A DNA stretch of 64,000 nt from an uncultured bacterium (GCA_903831805.1 CAIKZD010000009.1:8786-72785); one strand, 5' to 3'. Numbered from the stretch's first letter, positions 19,274-29,087 are shown. Numbers and translations: made by a program. Notes: generated by a model not told the origin, from the letters alone.

Positions 19274-20623
19274 ATGACAAGAAAAGACGCTGCTGCTGCA
19301 AAATTGGATGCCAAGGCTTTTGTTTTGAGTGCTATTCACAGGCTTTCCAGAAATGGCAAACCGGAACATGGATTACGCCTTGATGACTCGGGCCTTTTGG
19401 GTGCTTTGCATCTCTATTATGAGTGTAAAAAACCCATGGAGCTGATTTGGAGTTTGGTGAAAGGCAGTGATGTATTGCTCCGATCGGTCAAAGGGGATTT
19501 CATCATATACGATCCTAGGCGCATCGCAGAATTTGACTGTGCGTTATGCTTGTGCGAAGCAAAAGTAAGCATGAACAAATCTCCGCTGGATATGACAATC
19601 GCGCTGGACGCGGCGAAAATGCTGAAAGCGGTTTTTGATTGGACAGAAGTCGCCCATCTCTACGCCGGAGAGGAAATTTTTTTCCGGCAGGTTAGGAAAA
19701 TTAAGGGGTCGTCTTCAAGGAAAGGCGTATCTATGACAAGAGGGGTGTTTAATAATGATGTTAAGTTCATAGTCCAATCTGGAGATAACGATACGTGCTT
19801 TGAGTATCTCATGTCTCTTCCTAAAAGTCCTAAGAGCGGGGGACGGAGTGCAGCTATTCTGAAAGCCGTCATGGAAGTGCTTGAAAAAAAGAATGTTGTC
19901 AATGTAAATTTCACTTTCGCTGATGACAAAATCCTACTTGCCGCGCAAGAAGCTTTGGCAGTCATCGTCCCAGTGAGTACCCAAAAAGAGGATGTGTTGC
20001 CAGCAGCAAAACCGGTGGATGAAGGCAGTGTTTCTGACGCACCAAAATTCTCAGATTATATTGAGCTGGGGGATACCGCTATTGGTATGATTCTTTTGGG
20101 ACTGCATAACCTGGAAGGTTTTGATCCAAATAAAGCAATCCCCAAAACTGTCTTTACCCGAGTTTTGCGAGAAGAACTGGTGATTGAAAGTCCATCCGCC
20201 CAACAACTGGCTGGCCTTGTGCAAAGATTAGCTAACAGCGCGCACAATATCATCGATTATGTGCACGGGTCTAGGACGCCAAATTCCAGCTATCTTTTGA
20301 CGGATAAGGCTAAGAAAATTTTAGCTGAACTCAATGGCGGCGATCAGAAAAAGTCAAAGACTGCTCCAGTAGAAGATTCTTCTAAAAAAGAACCTTCGCC
20401 TTTGACCACGGAAATAGTTATTTCCTCGGTTCTCACTGAATTTTTAGAAACAAAAAAAATTCTCGTAGGAACAGAGCAAGAAGAAGCGGCACTTCTTGAA
20501 GAAAAAGCCAGAATCGAAGTCGCTCTAAAAGAACTGGAAAGCAAAAAGCTTATCCTGCGAGGAAAGATCAATGCAATGAAAAACCTCCCAGAGATAGCAG
20601 AATTGAGGGCCTTATTGGGATAA
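19274..20623 (+). CDS. hypothetical protein with C-terminal coiled coil
   Basis: 449-aa ORF, no recognisable motif. Confidence 0.55.
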   Translation: MTRKDAAAAKLDAKAFVLSAIHRLSRNGKPEHGLRLDDSGLLGALHLYYECKKPMELIWSLVKGSDVLLRSVKGDFIIYDPRRIAEFDCALCLCEAKVSMNKSPLDMTIALDAAKMLKAVFDWTEVAHLYAGEEIFFRQVRKIKGSSSRKGVSMTRGVFNNDVKFIVQSGDNDTCFEYLMSLPKSPKSGGRSAAILKAVMEVLEKKNVVNVNFTFADDKILLAAQEALAVIVPVSTQKEDVLPAAKPVDEGSVSDAPKFSDYIELGDTAIGMILLGLHNLEGFDPNKAIPKTVFTRVLREELVIESPSAQQLAGLVQRLANSAHNIIDYVHGSRTPNSSYLLTDKAKKILAELNGGDQKKSKTAPVEDSSKKEPSPLTTEIVISSVLTEFLETKKILVGTEQEEAALLEEKARIEVALKELESKKLILRGKINAMKNLPEIAELRALLG

Positions 20624-20640
20624 GGTCGGAAGCAAGTCGG

Positions 20641-20680
20641 ACGACGGTTTCTCGAAAATTGAGAGACCGTCGTTTTAATT
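20641..20680 (+). terminator. rho-independent terminator
   Basis: acgacggtttctc/gagagaccgtcgt stem (13 bp, 1 mismatch) followed by a T-run. Confidence 0.7.
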
Positions 20681-20916
20681 TTATGGGAAACTATGTAATA
20701 ACGCTTAGATGAAATAACAAACGGACTTATTCACCACACTGTTTAGTATAGAGCCCCTTTTATTTGCTATTTCCCGCGGTTTTGGTATAGAATAATAAAC
20801 CTACGAATTGTAGGCCCAAGAACCTTAACAACGCATTTAATGTATTAAAATATAGAAGTGAAAAATAGGAATAGTGGAAGAAAAACTAAATTTCATGCTT
20901 ATTGGAGGAGGAAACT

Positions 20917-21300
20917 ATGACAACAATACCGGTAAATCGAGAAAATTGCAGAGTTGATGAATTTAAGGCAGTCGAGAACTTTCCATTTCTGGTAAAAATT
21001 AATAAATCATATCTGAATCTTTCTCCGGACATAAACCACTTGGTGAGAATATTAAAAATCGTCGCTTCTCAGGTTGTCTTATGCCCTGATAACGGCAACT
21101 TCCGTTGCGTAGCCATGCTCTCCACTGGTGGCGGTCAAGCGGGAATGTTTTTCCCCATGATTCTACCAGAGGTTGAAGCTCGTCATCAAAAAATGATTAC
21201 GGTCGGTACAATAGGTGACGTGCTGTCATCGGAAATGCTAGTATTCTGTAAGGAAACGCACGTTGTTTTTCGTGAATGCTGTCTTTTCCGCAAAGCCTAA
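20917..21300 (+). CDS. hypothetical Cys-containing protein
   Basis: ATG 20917 preceded by GGAGGAGG Shine-Dalgarno. The track ORF starts at the upstream TTG. Confidence 0.5.
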   Translation: MTTIPVNRENCRVDEFKAVENFPFLVKINKSYLNLSPDINHLVRILKIVASQVVLCPDNGNFRCVAMLSTGGGQAGMFFPMILPEVEARHQKMITVGTIGDVLSSEMLVFCKETHVVFRECCLFRKA

Positions 21301-21379
21301 ACAGACGAAGCAGGAAAAGCGATTGAGCTTTATTGGTCACGACCGATAGAGCTCTTTTTTATTTCCCCAATTTATATGC

Positions 21380-21408
21380 TTGACAAACTTTTCTTCCACT
21401 GCTATACT
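21380..21408 (+). promoter_or_regulatory. sigma70-type promoter TTGACA-17-TATACT
   Basis: Consensus -35 and near-consensus -10, about 40 nt upstream of the TrpR-like gene. Confidence 0.6.
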
Positions 21409-21447
21409 TTATCCAAGTAAAGTGATTTAGTGTAATAAAGTAAGAAT

Positions 21448-21768
21448 ATGGATATGCGGAAGAATCAAAAAACTGAAGATCTGATAGGAGCTTTTTTGGC
21501 GCTGGAGACGGCGCGGGAGGCGCGACTGTTTTTGCGGGACCTTTTGACGGAGAAGGAACTTTTGGAATTGGGCAATCGCTGGCAAGCAGTACGGATGCTT
21601 AGTGGCAAAATAGCGTACACGGAAATTATCGAAAAAACCGGACTGAGCTCGACCACCATAGCCAGAATTTCCAAATGGTTGCAAGGCGGCATGGGCGGCT
21701 ACCGTTTGATGCTTGAGAAGCTTTCTAATAATCATCACGCAACTCTTTCTCATCCCAGGAAGCGTTGA
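21448..21768 (+). CDS. TrpR-like / YerC-YecD family DNA-binding protein
   Basis: 106 aa. LALETAREARLFLRDLLTEKELLELGNRWQAV...STTIARISKWL. Confidence 0.65.
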   Translation: MDMRKNQKTEDLIGAFLALETAREARLFLRDLLTEKELLELGNRWQAVRMLSGKIAYTEIIEKTGLSSTTIARISKWLQGGMGGYRLMLEKLSNNHHATLSHPRKR

Positions 21769-21860
21769 ATTTTTGTGTAACACATTTTTTTTCAAACTCT
21801 TTCTCGGCTGAGGAAGAGTTTTTTTGTTCGGTTCATTAACAATCAAAAAAATGAGCGAGG

Positions 21861-23120
21861 ATGGTTATGAAAAAGCAAGAAATTAAGTTTAGCCAGGCAT
21901 TGCATCGGGACGGTACCGATGCGCCGGAACTAATCGGCGTAATTCTGCAAAACTATGAGACCAGGGCGGTGCTGTATGGCGCGTCCATGAGTCGCGAAAC
22001 ATTGGCAGAAACGCTGGCAAGCGGTTGGGTGGTGTTGTATAGCCAGAGCCGCAAATGTCGCTGGCTGAAAGGTGAGACTAGCGGGGATAGGTTGCGGGTC
22101 AGGAAAATTTTCTTGAATTGCAATAGCGACCAACTGCTCATCCAAGTCAGTCCGATGGGAAAAGGAGTGTGTCACGAGAAAGATGAAAAAGGCGTGGCCA
22201 AGCCAACCTGTTTTCATAAATTATTATGGGAAAGAGGAACAAATCAATCATCCAACCAGGAGAAGGCTATGAAAAACATGATATTAGGCATTCCATCAGG
22301 ATCATTATTGGAAGCAACTATCACTCTTTTAAGAACAATCGGGATTGAAGTGGTGGTCAACGGCCGCAATTTTATCTGCGAGGTGCGGGGGAGTGCGATG
22401 TTTTCCCAGGCGCTCATCATGCGACCCAATGATCTGCCTCAGGCGGTGAAAGCGGGCGTGGTGGACGTGGCCATCACCGGGCTGGATATGGTTTTCGAGG
22501 CGGGATTGGAAAATGAACTTTGCAAGATAGTGGAATTGCAATTTTCCAAAAAATCGCGGATGGCCGCACGAATAGTAGTATTTGGCAGAGAGGATGAGTC
22601 GGATGAAATTGTGGACGCTGAAGATGTTGTAGTTTGCGGTGAGTATATAATTCTCGCGAGGACCATGTTCAAAAAGGCTGGGATACAATTCTCCACCGGC
22701 TCGACAGAAATCAAAGTGGCCAACAAGGCATTTGGTTTTCGCTATGGGGTGGGGGTGGTTGAGAGCGGCCAAAGTCTCAAGGACAATGGGCTTAAGATCA
22801 TAAAAACTATCCTGACTTCTCCTGTGGTGCTCATCGCTCGGGAAGAGTCGCCAGAACTGCAAATTTTCGGGCAGATGCTCCATGGGGTGCTGGAAGGTGA
22901 GCGTTATCGACTGGTGAAATTCAATGCTAATTTTGACGATCAAGCCAGGCTACTGCAGATTTTGCCTGCTATGGAATCGCCCACTATCAGCCAGCTGGCT
23001 GACGGAGCAATGGCTTTCGAAACAGCCGTTTTAACGGGCGCGCTGGCGGACACGATAATCGCCATTGGGATGGCGGGCGGGCGAAAGATCCTGATCCAGG
23101 ATATACGCATCGCGATATAA
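21861..23120 (+). CDS. hisIG: fused phosphoribosyl-AMP cyclohydrolase (HisI) and ATP phosphoribosyltransferase, long form (HisG)
   Basis: N-terminus has HisI motifs (WLKGETSGD, NCNSDQLLIQV, CHEKD..KPTCFH). From MILGIPSGSLLE onward it is HisG-like, about 290 aa. One continuous ORF. Confidence 0.7.
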   Translation: MVMKKQEIKFSQALHRDGTDAPELIGVILQNYETRAVLYGASMSRETLAETLASGWVVLYSQSRKCRWLKGETSGDRLRVRKIFLNCNSDQLLIQVSPMGKGVCHEKDEKGVAKPTCFHKLLWERGTNQSSNQEKAMKNMILGIPSGSLLEATITLLRTIGIEVVVNGRNFICEVRGSAMFSQALIMRPNDLPQAVKAGVVDVAITGLDMVFEAGLENELCKIVELQFSKKSRMAARIVVFGREDESDEIVDAEDVVVCGEYIILARTMFKKAGIQFSTGSTEIKVANKAFGFRYGVGVVESGQSLKDNGLKIIKTILTSPVVLIAREESPELQIFGQMLHGVLEGERYRLVKFNANFDDQARLLQILPAMESPTISQLADGAMAFETAVLTGALADTIIAIGMAGGRKILIQDIRIAI

Positions 23121-23126
23121 AAAGAA

Positions 23127-23165
23127 GGGCGGAATGACAGTGTTCATTCCGCCCTGTTTTATTTT
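23127..23165 (+). terminator. rho-independent terminator
   Basis: gggcggaatga/tcattccgccc stem then tgttttattttt. Confidence 0.7.
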
Positions 23166-23244
23166 TATTACGCCCCAAATCTGAAATACCGCAATATTGC
23201 GGGGTTTTTTGGGATGTGGTAGATTTATGTAAAGTAATTAGCTT

Positions 23245-23628
23245 TTGCACAACACTATGGATAACGAACAGGACGAGAAAAATGTGATTTCTGAGGCGGA
23301 AATTGTGGCGGTGGAAAAACCGTCCGAACCGACGGTGGTCAAGCTGAGAAAAAGGCGCCATGACCTGTATATCGAGCTGGCTCTGTTTTTCATTTTGGGA
23401 ATTCTGATCGGCGTGGCGGTGAAAAATGAAGCAGTGAAAAAAGTGACGATGGGCTTTGATGACTATAAGATGAAAACGTTCGCGCAGGATTATGATCTGA
23501 ACGCGTTGCAAGTGAAAGTGCTGCAAGCCGCGAAAGATGCGGCGTCGGCGGCTGAGGCTGCTAAAAGCACCGATCAAACAGCGCCCAGCGCTCCGGATGG
23601 CAGTGTGGGTGCGCCAGCCGGAAATTAG
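23245..23628 (+). CDS. small membrane-anchored hypothetical protein
   Basis: One predicted transmembrane helix (LALFFILGILIGVAV). Ala/Ser-rich C-terminal tail. Confidence 0.45.
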   Translation: MHNTMDNEQDEKNVISEAEIVAVEKPSEPTVVKLRKRRHDLYIELALFFILGILIGVAVKNEAVKKVTMGFDDYKMKTFAQDYDLNALQVKVLQAAKDAASAAEAAKSTDQTAPSAPDGSVGAPAGN

Positions 23629-23671
23629 AATAAATTAAGCGTCTAAACAACTTTAAAATAATTAAAAAACT

Positions 23672-24793
23672 ATGGACGAACAAATGGATTTTGAAAAAAA
23701 GGGGGAGGAGCAGGTGACAAGCGTCTCGGAAGAATCGACGGAACAAGAAACAGCAATTGAGACGTGTGATGTGCAAGAGAAAGATCAGCAGGATAAAAAG
23801 ATGAAAAATTTGATCTCTGTGGTGATTTTGCTCAGCGGACTTTTTGTGGGCAGTCTTTTTGTGGATGTTAGTCAGTTGGTGCGCGGGAGCGGCTATTCGC
23901 AAAAGAATTTGAATAAATCTGATATTTTTTCAGCCAATGGAAAAACATGGGTGGCTTATGACGCCCCAGCTGTGCCGGTCCGCGTTTTGAACGACGACAC
24001 TTGCGATAAATGTGATCCGAGCGAAGTTTTGGTGTGGCTGCGCCGCGTGATGCCGACCATCAGCGTGGAGAAAGTCAACCTTAATTCGGCGGCTGGCAAA
24101 GAATTGATCGCCCAGTTTGATATCAAGACTTTACCGGCTTTTGTGTTTGATCCAAACGTGGAAAAGACGGAACTTTTTGCGCAGGCGAAAGATTTATTCG
24201 CCGCCAAAAATGGTCAGGATGTTTTGAATGGCCAGCTTCTTGGCATTCCAGTGGGCAAATATATCACTCTGCCGGAGATCAGCGCGGATGATGCCATTGT
24301 GGGCGCGCAAGATGCTAAAGTGAAAGTGGTGCTCTTTTCCGATTTCCAATGTCCTTATTGCAAAACTTTCTACCCAGCTTTCCGCGCTGTTATGAACAAA
24401 TATCAAGACAAAGTGGAATTTGCCTTCAAAGAATTGCCCTTGGACAGTCATCCGCAAGCGATGGATGCGGCTTTGGCGGCGACTTGCGCCCAGGACCAAG
24501 GGAAATTTTGGGAATATTCCGATAAGCTTTATGCCGCGCAGGCCGAATGGAGCAATGCTAAGGACATGACCTATTTCAAGAATTATGCGGCACTGCTCAA
24601 ATTGAACACGGCTGATTTCAATAAGTGTTTGGACGGCAAGGTGCATCAAGATAAGATTGATGCTTCCAAGAAAGAAGCGGCCAATTTTGCGATTTCCGGT
24701 ACGCCGACCGTCTTCGTGAATGACCAATTTGAAGCGGGTGCCATCACCCCTGATCAATTGAGCAAAGATATCGAGGCGCAATTGGCGAAATAA
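23672..24793 (+). CDS. DsbA/BdbD-like thiol:disulfide oxidoreductase, membrane-anchored
   Basis: N-terminal transmembrane helix. DFQCPYCKTF CxxC thioredoxin-fold active site. Confidence 0.75.
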   Translation: MDEQMDFEKKGEEQVTSVSEESTEQETAIETCDVQEKDQQDKKMKNLISVVILLSGLFVGSLFVDVSQLVRGSGYSQKNLNKSDIFSANGKTWVAYDAPAVPVRVLNDDTCDKCDPSEVLVWLRRVMPTISVEKVNLNSAAGKELIAQFDIKTLPAFVFDPNVEKTELFAQAKDLFAAKNGQDVLNGQLLGIPVGKYITLPEISADDAIVGAQDAKVKVVLFSDFQCPYCKTFYPAFRAVMNKYQDKVEFAFKELPLDSHPQAMDAALAATCAQDQGKFWEYSDKLYAAQAEWSNAKDMTYFKNYAALLKLNTADFNKCLDGKVHQDKIDASKKEAANFAISGTPTVFVNDQFEAGAITPDQLSKDIEAQLAK

Positions 24794-24869
24794 CGAAAAA
24801 AGCTACATCAAGAAGGGGGAGTTCATGGATTTGGACTCCTTTTTTCTTTGTGGTATAATATCTTTACTA

Positions 24870-24945
24870 ATTACTAATCAAGTACGAATATACTAATAAA
24901 TAATTCGTACATTCGTATATTAGTGAATAAATTAGTAATTCGTAA
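24870..24945. promoter_or_regulatory. candidate operator: four TTCGTA/TACGAA half-sites in inverted arrangement upstream of por operon
   Basis: gtacgaata...attcgtacattcgtata...aattcgta. Confidence 0.3.
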
Positions 24946-24954
24946 AGAAACATC

Positions 24955-25539
24955 ATGAAGTATCATAAAGATATTTTTGAAATAATTTTTTTCGCGCGTG
25001 GCGGGCAAGGCGCCAAAGCGGCGGCGGAAATTTTGGCGCAGGCTGCCACTCATGAAGGGAAATTTGTGCAAGCTTTTCCCAGTTTCGGCCCGGAGCGGAG
25101 CGGCGCCCCGACTAAGACCTATTTGCGTCTGAGCGACAATGAGATCCGCACTCACGAACCGATCGTCGATCCGGACGTAGTAGTAGTCTTGGATGACACC
25201 CTGCTCAGTTCGCAAGATGTCTCCAATAATCTAGATAAGAGAGAGTCTTTAATTATCAACACGCAGATGGCGGAACATGCCGTGCGCAGTCAAATTGCTG
25301 AACTAGGCAAGAAGTTTGAAGGCAAAATTTACCCTATCGATGCCAGCGGCATTTCGCTCAGCATTGTCGGTCAACCACGACCCAATACTGTTATTTTGGG
25401 CAAGTTCGTGCAAGTGACAGAAGCGGTCAAACTGGAAAGTGTTATCGAAGAATTTCGACATATCTTTGAAGATAAAGTTGGCAAGGAAATCACTGACAAA
25501 AATGTGGCGGCGATTGAAAAGGCGTACGACACAATATAA
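24955..25539 (+). CDS. porG: pyruvate:ferredoxin (2-oxoacid) oxidoreductase gamma subunit
   Basis: GGQGAKAAAEILAQAA motif. Gene order gamma-delta-alpha-beta. Confidence 0.8.
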   Translation: MKYHKDIFEIIFFARGGQGAKAAAEILAQAATHEGKFVQAFPSFGPERSGAPTKTYLRLSDNEIRTHEPIVDPDVVVVLDDTLLSSQDVSNNLDKRESLIINTQMAEHAVRSQIAELGKKFEGKIYPIDASGISLSIVGQPRPNTVILGKFVQVTEAVKLESVIEEFRHIFEDKVGKEITDKNVAAIEKAYDTI

Positions 25540-25563
25540 ATTATAAATTTAAGATTAATTTTT

Positions 25564-25809
25564 ATGGAACACGGAGCTGTGATAAAACATGATGAGACTA
25601 AGGGACCCAAGACTGGAGCCTGGCGGTATATGCATCCGGAAGTGGACAAAGAAAAGTGCATTGGCTGCGCGACGTGTGTGCCTTTTTGTCCGGAAGCTTC
25701 AATCGAGATGAAAGAAAACAAAGCGGACATCGACTACGACTATTGCAAAGGTTGCGGCGTGTGCGCGGAAGTCTGCCCGGTGAAAGCCATTATGATGAAG
25801 AAGAAATAG
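25564..25809 (+). CDS. porD: POR delta subunit (2x[4Fe-4S] ferredoxin)
   Basis: CIGCATCVPFCP and CKGCGVCAEVCP. Confidence 0.8.
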   Translation: MEHGAVIKHDETKGPKTGAWRYMHPEVDKEKCIGCATCVPFCPEASIEMKENKADIDYDYCKGCGVCAEVCPVKAIMMKKK

Positions 25810-25878
25810 GTCAGAACCACTAATTCTCACTGATTTGCACATGATTACACGTGAAGGATAAAAACAAATTTAATTTTT

Positions 25879-27027
25879 ATGAATAAAAACAATTCTACAA
25901 AAAAACTAGCGCTCACCGGTGGAGCGGCGGCGGCGGAAGCTTTGAAACAAATTGAACCGGAGGTGATGCCGATTTATCCAATTACGCCGCAAACACCCAT
26001 CATTGAAACGTACGCCAAATTTCAGGCGGACGGTGAAGTGGATACGGAAATGATCAAGGTGGAATCGGAGCACAGTGCCATGAGTGCGGCCATCGGGGCC
26101 AGTTCGGCCGGGGCGCGTGTGGTGACCGCCACTAGTTCACAAGGTTTAGCTCTTATGCATGAGGTGCTGTATATCGCCAGCGGTACGCGCCTGCCAATTC
26201 TAATGATTATTTCCGCCCGTGCGCTTGGCGCGCCCATCAACATCCACGGTGATCACTCCGATGTCATGGGTTGTCGCGATTCCGGCTGGCTGCAAATTTT
26301 TTGTGAAAACGCCCAGGAAGTTTATGACAAAACTATCATCGGTATGAAGTTGGCGGAAAAAGTGAATCTACCGGTCATGGTCATTATGGATGGCTTCAAC
26401 ACTTCACACTCAGTAGAGAATTTGGAAGTTTTAGAAACAGCCATGGTCAAAGATTTCGTGGGTGAGCGCACGGCCATTACGCCGCTTTTGGACACAAAAA
26501 ATCCGGTCAGTTATGGTCCGGTGGCATTGCAGAATTCCTATTTTGAATTCAAAATTGACCAAGAGCAGGCGACGAATGACGCGGCCGCGGAATATCAAAA
26601 AATTGCTCAGGCTTATCAAGAAATTTCCGGCCGACGCTATGGTTTTTTCGAAACCTATCACACCAAAGACGCTGAGCGCATCATGGTTTTGACCGGATCG
26701 GCCACGGGCACGGCCAAGGTGGTGGTGGATAAGTTACGCGCGAAAGGTGAGAAGGTCGGTTTGGTCAAGATTGAACTTTTCCGACCGTTTTTGCATCAAG
26801 AATTATCCGCTATTTTGAAAAACGCGCAAGAAATAATCGTTCTGGATCGGGCGCAATCCATTGGCACGACCCCGCCATTCTACACGGAAATTGTAAATAG
26901 CTTGTATCAAATTGGGGAAATAAAAAAGATCAAATCTTTCGTGTATGGTCTGGGTGGCCGGGATATTTTTCAGGCGCAGATTGAAGATGTGTTTATGGGG
27001 AAATTTAAAGATAAATATATCAAATAA
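25879..27027 (+). CDS. porA: POR alpha subunit
   Basis: 382 aa. Pyruvate flavodoxin/ferredoxin oxidoreductase N-terminal domain-like. Confidence 0.8.
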   Translation: MNKNNSTKKLALTGGAAAAEALKQIEPEVMPIYPITPQTPIIETYAKFQADGEVDTEMIKVESEHSAMSAAIGASSAGARVVTATSSQGLALMHEVLYIASGTRLPILMIISARALGAPINIHGDHSDVMGCRDSGWLQIFCENAQEVYDKTIIGMKLAEKVNLPVMVIMDGFNTSHSVENLEVLETAMVKDFVGERTAITPLLDTKNPVSYGPVALQNSYFEFKIDQEQATNDAAAEYQKIAQAYQEISGRRYGFFETYHTKDAERIMVLTGSATGTAKVVVDKLRAKGEKVGLVKIELFRPFLHQELSAILKNAQEIIVLDRAQSIGTTPPFYTEIVNSLYQIGEIKKIKSFVYGLGGRDIFQAQIEDVFMGKFKDKYIK

Positions 27028-27039
27028 AAAACATTATTT

Positions 27040-27954
27040 ATGAATAAAGAACTGGCAAAACATTTTTTTTCAGGACACAGTGCTTGCGCCGGGTGTGCTT
27101 TTCCGGCTATCGTGCGGGCGGTGCTGGGCGAAGCGTCATGTGAGGTGGTGGTGGCCAATGCGACCGGCTGCTTGGAAGTGACTTCTTCGCTCTATCCTTA
27201 CACCGCTTGGAAAACACCCTGGATCCATAATGCTTTTGAAAATGCGGCGGCGACTATTTCCGGGGTGGAAAGAGCTTATGAAATCATGAAACGTAAAAAG
27301 AGACTGCCGGGTGGCGACAAAAAAATCAAATTCGTCGCTTTTGGCGGTGACGGCGGCACGTATGACATTGGCTTGCAATCATTGTCCGGCGCGCTGGAAC
27401 GCGGGCATAATTTTTTGTATGTTTTGTATGACAATGAAGGTTATATGAACACCGGCAACCAACGATCGTCCGCTACGCCCTATGGCGCCGCCACCGAAAC
27501 GACTCCTTCCGGTCGAGCGTCGTTTGGCAAAACGGAATTGCGCAAGAATTTGATGGACATTGTGGCAGCGCATCACATTCCATATTTGGCCCAAGCCAAT
27601 GTGGCCTATTTGGCCGATCTCAAAAAGAAAGCGCAGAAAGCCTTGGCGGTGGAAGGGCCATCGTTTCTGACGGTTTTTTCGCCGTGCACCAATAATTGGA
27701 AATTTCCCACTTCACAATATGTGGCCATTGCCAAATTGGCGACGGAAACCAATTTTTGGCCACTGTATGAAATTGAAAATGGAAAATATAAAATCACGTC
27801 CGAGCCGAAGAATGTGAAACCACTCACGGATTTTTTGAAAACCCAAGGGAGATTCAAACATCTTTTTAGCGAAAAAAACAAACCGGTTTTGGAGCGGATG
27901 CAACAAATTACCAATGAAGAATTTGCGCGGCTGGTCAGTTTGACGGAAAAATGA
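27040..27954 (+). CDS. porB: POR beta subunit (TPP-binding)
   Basis: GDGG..YDIG TPP-binding motif, Cys cluster ligands. Confidence 0.8.
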   Translation: MNKELAKHFFSGHSACAGCAFPAIVRAVLGEASCEVVVANATGCLEVTSSLYPYTAWKTPWIHNAFENAAATISGVERAYEIMKRKKRLPGGDKKIKFVAFGGDGGTYDIGLQSLSGALERGHNFLYVLYDNEGYMNTGNQRSSATPYGAATETTPSGRASFGKTELRKNLMDIVAAHHIPYLAQANVAYLADLKKKAQKALAVEGPSFLTVFSPCTNNWKFPTSQYVAIAKLATETNFWPLYEIENGKYKITSEPKNVKPLTDFLKTQGRFKHLFSEKNKPVLERMQQITNEEFARLVSLTEK

Positions 27955-28055
27955 ATTTGAGCTAGTATCGCCTCATCGGCGATCGAGGTCGTTTAAGCGG
28001 CAATTAGCGTATAAAATGGCCGAAGAGGCAATGAATTCGCCGAAGAGGCGAAAGC

Positions 28056-28128
28056 GCCACCTTAGCTCAGTTGGCAGAGCGACGCACTCGTAACGCGTAG
28101 GTCGTCGGTTCGATTCCGACAGGTGGCT
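28056..28128 (+). tRNA. tRNA-Thr (anticodon CGT)
   Basis: Cloverleaf by eye: acceptor gccacct/aggtggc, D arm gctc-agttggc-gagc, anticodon loop cuCGUaa, T arm gtcgg-ttcgatt-ccgac. CCA not encoded. Confidence 0.7.
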
Positions 28129-28161
28129 CATTTTTAAAAAATAAAAATTAACTTAAGCTCT

Positions 28162-28374
28162 ATGAAAACGATTGTTTTGCATGATTGTCACATTAACTTC
28201 GAAGACGACGTAAAAGACGTCGAGACATATCTCGGGAATCATTTGAACCTGAATGAATTCCAGACGATTTTCAACTACGCACATCTGCACCAGCAAGCCT
28301 ATTTTCAAGATAGGAATGGTCACCACTATCTCGCGGACTACAAAAACGGGGAATATTTTATCGAAAAAATTTAA
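28162..28374 (+). CDS. small hypothetical protein
   Basis: 70-aa ORF directly downstream of the tRNA. Confidence 0.4.
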   Translation: MKTIVLHDCHINFEDDVKDVETYLGNHLNLNEFQTIFNYAHLHQQAYFQDRNGHHYLADYKNGEYFIEKI

Positions 28375-28385
28375 AAAACAAAAAT

Positions 28386-28820
28386 ATGCACTACGTTACC
28401 ACTTTTAAAATTTTCAAGCATAATTTCTGGACCAATGAATGGTCGCGGTTTCTGTATGAAGGAAAATATTATCGCTTCATGGCCAGGGATATTTCAGCGG
28501 TTGAGATTTTGCCAGCTAAATACCAGCGAGTTATTTTTACGATTCCAAGAGTTTGGCTTAAGGAATATGAGAAAGGTGTGTTTATGGCTTGGAAGGAATT
28601 TCCCAAAGCCCTGCAAGCTAAGATGGAAAAATATAATTTAGTGGTGGATGATAAAGAAAAAAAGAAAATATTTACTGCGTTGCAGAAAGAACTCAAAGCC
28701 TATTTTGTGAAAAAAATCACCATTACCAATCGTCAGGCCAAGGTTTTATTGAATCTGCAAACGATGGATATCTCAGCTAGGGAAGCGCATAAAATCCATA
28801 AGAAAATCGGTCTGGAATAA
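28386..28820 (+). CDS. hypothetical protein (paralog A of 31607..32041)
   Basis: About 85% amino-acid identity to the second copy. Confidence 0.6.
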   Translation: MHYVTTFKIFKHNFWTNEWSRFLYEGKYYRFMARDISAVEILPAKYQRVIFTIPRVWLKEYEKGVFMAWKEFPKALQAKMEKYNLVVDDKEKKKIFTALQKELKAYFVKKITITNRQAKVLLNLQTMDISAREAHKIHKKIGLE

Positions 28821-28846
28821 ACTAATTCGTTAAACACACAATCATT

Positions 28847-29014
28847 ATGAAAACATACATCTGTGAAATATGCGGAGATGTGGGAATGGAATTTTTTATA
28901 TCATTTTGTTGTAGTATATTTAGTGGCGCAGTGCTTGACGGATTTTACGAATGTGCTACAATAAATTCAGCTAAAACCACCCGTCCTGACCCGCAAGGGC
29001 ACGGCGGTTTTTAG
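28847..29014 (+). CDS. small ORF (55 aa) starting MKTYICEICGD like rubrerythrin, ending TTRPDPQGHGGF
   Basis: First 38 nt are near-identical to the rubrerythrin start. 3' half overlaps the conserved promoter-terminator tail. Confidence 0.3.
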   Translation: MKTYICEICGDVGMEFFISFCCSIFSGAVLDGFYECATINSAKTTRPDPQGHGGF

Positions 29015-29023
29015 ATTTTTAGT

Positions 29024-29068
29024 ATGGAAAAATTCGATAAAGAACAAAATGTGGCTTTTAAAAAATAA
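29024..29068 (+). pseudogene. remnant of NYN-gene 5' end (MEKFDKEQNVAFKK)
   Basis: Matches the start of the 29270 gene (MEKIEKKQKRVAIY). Part of a tandemly duplicated unit of about 240 bp. Confidence 0.5.
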
Positions 29069-29087
29069 TTAATCAATAACAATCATT

